Virus record (IMG/VR): IMGVR_UViG_3300030372_001947
Coordinates: 1 to 48,666 of that record
Origin: a virus
Lineage: Duplodnaviria; Caudoviricetes
Reading direction: 5' to 3' (one strand)
DNA: 48,666 nt
Part shown: positions 45,878 through 48,666 of the stretch, in pieces
How positions within the stretch are numbered: the first letter of the stretch is position 1
Layout: every line of letters starts with the position of its first letter
Notes under the pieces: generated by a model
The model's input: only the letters and a program-made list of their open reading frames with translations
Told to the model about the DNA's origin: nothing
The model's database searches: none
Translations under genes and position numbers: made by a program

Positions 45878-46948
45878 CTATATGAAAAATTCATGAGCGA
45901 TATATGGCTCTTCTTCCTCTTCATCTTCCTCTTTTATCTTTCTCTCTAGTGCATTGACTATTTTTTCATCTTGTTCATCCATAGGACCACTTAGTAAATT
46001 TTGAAGTAATTCGATATCTTCTTTCATCCCTTTTGCTATCTGTCTAAGTGTTCCTTTGTCTTTGAAATGCCTCGCTCTATTTTCATGTTCAGACTCAACT
46101 GTTAGTTTACCACCTTCAGTGTGACTGATATCTTTACCCGAGTGGTCTCCATACATTCCCCTTCTTCTTCTTTCTCGATTCAACTCTTCTCTATACTTTA
46201 CTCTTTCAGGGGTTGACTCGTATTTTTTATCGTATTCTAGTTTATGTCTTTTAGCCTCAGGGGAAACTCTTTCTTTTTTAATCATTTTAACCATCACATT
46301 AGGTACACTTTGTCTGCTTTCTTGAATAAGTTCAGGATTCATTTGCGCCTGTCTTACTTTAACAGGGGTATTCATGTATTGCTCAAGTCTTAAATTATGT
46401 CTAGTCATTTTACCCTTTGGTAAATCAACCACTTGACCTTTATGACCTGTTCTCGGTGGACTCATCTCGAAGGCATCGGGCACTTGTCTTATCCTACCAT
46501 GTAATGTTCTCATAAGATTAGATAATAATTTTTGATTATACATTTCTTCATTGGTTCTTCTAGGAGTATAATAAGATAGGGGTACTGAATAACCATCATC
46601 TTCTTGAAAATTACTTACAAAATTAGTAGTGTCCTCTTGAGATAAAGGGAAAGGTAACTCCCCTCCTTGGTATGAAGGAGGATTTGTTTGAATTTCAGAA
46701 GTGGGGTTAGTTAATTCACCAGTTAAATAAGGTGTCATTAAATCACCCATTGTGGCATTAGGATTATTTTGTACATATTGTTGAAGATTATCATAATTTA
46801 ATTCAACAGGTAAATGTTCCATTATGTCTCCTCGGAAAGATAAACTTGATTTCAACAAACTAAACCAAGCCTTACTCATAGCGTCACCCTTTTCAAGTGT
46901 TTCATCCTCTTCTGCATTATAAACCCAAGCCCCGCTCTCATAGGTCAT
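45878..46948 (-). CDS. Tagged protein with HNH-like domain near the C-terminus
   Basis: N-terminal AMSKAWFSLLKS. EYDKKY...NRERRRRG...GKDISH...LTVESEHENRAR resembles short phage HNH-type modules. Confidence 0.6.
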   Translation of the reverse strand: MTYESGAWVYNAEEDETLEKGDAMSKAWFSLLKSSLSFRGDIMEHLPVELNYDNLQQYVQNNPNATMGDLMTPYLTGELTNPTSEIQTNPPSYQGGELPFPLSQEDTTNFVSNFQEDDGYSVPLSYYTPRRTNEEMYNQKLLSNLMRTLHGRIRQVPDAFEMSPPRTGHKGQVVDLPKGKMTRHNLRLEQYMNTPVKVRQAQMNPELIQESRQSVPNVMVKMIKKERVSPEAKRHKLEYDKKYESTPERVKYREELNRERRRRGMYGDHSGKDISHTEGGKLTVESEHENRARHFKDKGTLRQIAKGMKEDIELLQNLLSGPMDEQDEKIVNALERKIKEEDEEEEEPYIAHEFFI

Positions 46949-46952
46949 ATAA

Positions 46953-47408
46953 CTAACCTCTTTTTTCTTGATTTTTTATAGATGTTTTATCTTCGGTGAT
47001 AGGGCCACCTGCCGCCCAAGTGTAACAAGTTCTATCTTTATGACACTTAAAATCGTGCATCCAACAATAACCTAAATCTCCTTCTAACGGCATACAATCT
47101 TTCATTCTAGGACTGATATCGAATGCAATACAATTACTACAATTAGAATTTTTAGCAACTTCGGGAGTAGTATTCCAATGTTTAGCCGCTCTAACCCAGT
47201 AACTTTCATCACTCAAGTTAAGAGGTCCATATTGAATATGCTTCGAATGTATGGCTTCATTTCTGTTTTTAGTATTTAATTCTAAATCTCTTGTCGCCAT
47301 AGGACAACTTTCTTTTTGTTTAAAAATCAAAAAAGCCCTGTCAAGAGGCGACATTTCCTCTCTTAAATGATACCATACTTCTCCGAATGATGCCATTAAC
47401 AATTCCAC
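46953..47408 (-). CDS. Cys-rich protein (CxxC...C...C..W, HiPIP-like spacing)
   Basis: CSNCIAF...GYCWMHDFKCHKDRTCYTW. Start is likely MASFGEVW, coupled to the upstream TAA. Confidence 0.65.
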   Translation of the reverse strand: MELLMASFGEVWYHLREEMSPLDRAFLIFKQKESCPMATRDLELNTKNRNEAIHSKHIQYGPLNLSDESYWVRAAKHWNTTPEVAKNSNCSNCIAFDISPRMKDCMPLEGDLGYCWMHDFKCHKDRTCYTWAAGGPITEDKTSIKNQEKRG

Positions 47409-47974
47409 CTCTTAAGTGCCGCACCTTTAGGTGTTAATTTACCTTTTTTACTAGTAGGCCCCTTAACACCTGTCATTCTAGCGCAAAATGATTTTCTACG
47501 TTTTGCTTTTTTTGAGCCTGCTTTGAGTTTACTAGGTTTAGTAGTGACTGGTGGTTTTAGGTTAGCACCAGTTTCTCTTTTTGCTTTCGCTCTACCTTTG
47601 GCACTCAATCCACCTTTACGATGATGTTTACTTGGGTTATACCCGTGAAAAGGTTTTGATTTCTTTTTTGCTTTCAATAATTCCCAAGCCGCCTCGAATG
47701 CATCTGATTTTTCTACTCTTTGATACATTGGTTTCACACCTTTTCCTCTTGGTACATGTTGCTTTCCTTTTTTGTGCCCTTGTCTTTTCTTTTTATTTTC
47801 ACTCGCTTTTTGTGAGGCAGTCATACTATCTGCGACTGATTTAGGAGCGTATCGACCTCTTTGTGAACGAGGTTTCTTCATTTCTTTTTTGTCGTCTCCA
47901 ACAAATTCCCATTTTTGTTTAGTCCACTCTGTTAAAGATTGTTGGTTTTTATCCTTAGTCACGATACCCTCCAC
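47396..47974 (-). CDS. Two-domain basic protein (DUF5872-like C-half + DUF6321-like, by recalled pattern)
   Basis: SLTEWTKQKW...GRYAPK...KGKQHV; linker DAFEAAWELLKA; KGGLSAKGRA...RRKSFCARM...ALKRWNC. Confidence 0.65.
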   Translation of the reverse strand: MEGIVTKDKNQQSLTEWTKQKWEFVGDDKKEMKKPRSQRGRYAPKSVADSMTASQKASENKKKRQGHKKGKQHVPRGKGVKPMYQRVEKSDAFEAAWELLKAKKKSKPFHGYNPSKHHRKGGLSAKGRAKAKRETGANLKPPVTTKPSKLKAGSKKAKRRKSFCARMTGVKGPTSKKGKLTPKGAALKRWNC

Positions 47975-48560
47975 CTTTCTTTTTGTATCTCATAGCAAGT
48001 AATTGTGCTTTTCGAGCAGACCATTGACCCGGCTTACCACCTTTACTACCTGCTTTTATTCTGTTGAATAATCTTTTACGCATTCCCGGTTTTGTATAAT
48101 TACCAGCAGCGTTTACTTTTTTACTTAGGATTTCTCTATTTTTCTCTTTTAACTCATTCCACGCTTTATTCATAGCATCGTTATCGTACATATTTATCAC
48201 ATCTTTACTTTTTTGAGCGTCTCCACGTATACCAGCATTTAACATACTTCTTGCTCTATCTTCTCTACTTTGAGTTCTTTGTTGAGCCATGGCTTGTTGT
48301 TGTTGAGCCATTTGTGCTGCCGTAGTAGCACCTTGGAGTTTAGTATTTTTTTCTTCTTTATTACCAGTGATAGCATCTCCGACTTTACCACCTGTTTTTC
48401 GACCTAATATACTACCTAATATACCACCAGCAACTGTTCCAATCGGTCCAAACTTTGAACCCATCCGTGCTCCTCGTACAGCACCTCCTACGGTGCCGCC
48501 TATTTCACCAACTTTTTCTCCTGTTTCTCCTTTGAGAACTAAAACATTAGAATCAGGCAC
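47955..48560 (-). CDS. Glycine-zipper protein fused to basic GQWSARKAQ domain (DUF5872-like N-half)
   Basis: GGTVGGAVRG...GPIGTVAGGILGSILG; DAMNKAWNELKE; NYTKPGMRKRL...GGKPGQWSARKAQLLAMRYKKKGGGY; AGGTGA RBS. Confidence 0.7.
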   Translation of the reverse strand: MPDSNVLVLKGETGEKVGEIGGTVGGAVRGARMGSKFGPIGTVAGGILGSILGRKTGGKVGDAITGNKEEKNTKLQGATTAAQMAQQQQAMAQQRTQSREDRARSMLNAGIRGDAQKSKDVINMYDNDAMNKAWNELKEKNREILSKKVNAAGNYTKPGMRKRLFNRIKAGSKGGKPGQWSARKAQLLAMRYKKKGGGYRD

Positions 48561-48573
48561 ATCAACTCACCTA

Positions 48574-48666
48574 TCATGCTGCTATACCCATACCCGCACC
48601 CTCTTTGTCTTCTTCATCATCATCTTGATTTTTCATACGAGGCATTGGTTGATTGACTTTAACAGG
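48574..48666 (-). CDS. 3' end of a gene truncated by the window edge (...PRMKNQDDDEEDKEGAGMGIAA*)
   Basis: Open frame from the edge to TGA at 48574, followed by the next gene's RBS. Confidence 0.6.
   Translation of the reverse strand, partial: PVKVNQPMPRMKNQDDDEEDKEGAGMGIAA

Noticed and set aside
11179-48002. Numerous plus-strand ORFs (e.g. 11566..12072, 13495..13962, 18771..19331, 43271..43603)
   Set aside because: Antisense to well-supported genes, with S/F/L-rich shadow composition. Only 40960..41265 has a real motif and its own space.
1-48666. tRNA, rRNA, diversity-generating retroelement or transposase
   Set aside because: Intergenic gaps are too short or too AT-rich for RNA genes by eye, and no reverse transcriptase or transposase motifs were seen. 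Not excluded outside the window or by a formal scan.

Overview
This window is the virion-morphogenesis half of a large, AT-rich head-tailed (HK97-fold) archaeal virus genome, most likely a magrovirus infecting Marine Group II Euryarchaeota (Poseidoniales). That assignment rests on archaeal GGTGA/GGAGATGA ribosome-binding sites, TATA-like elements and halovirus/magrovirus-type capsid and portal sequences, and was not checked by database search. Almost all genes are on the minus strand. In transcription order (right to left): small cargo-like proteins sharing an AW-x-(x)-LLK-type tag; an HMG-CoA lyase; a membrane-protein / Arf-like small GTPase / AbrB / Q-M-rich cluster; putative TerS; low-complexity putative internal head proteins; TerL; a wHTH-LAGLIDADG protein; portal; a 1853-aa protein ending in a catalytically degenerate ATP-dependent ligase fold; prohead protease-scaffold; MCP; decoration and neck genes; tail tube; a SAP protein; a tail chaperone pair with a G7 -1 slippery site; a short tape measure; a distal tail protein; and a >3600-aa LamG-tipped protein that runs off the left edge and is absent from the supplied ORF track. 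The best candidate novel systems are (1) the viral Arf-like GTPase membrane module and (2) a tag-and-cleave capsid cargo-loading system (AWxxLLK tags, hydrophobic-x-K|A/S/G sites, a scaffold-mimic motif).
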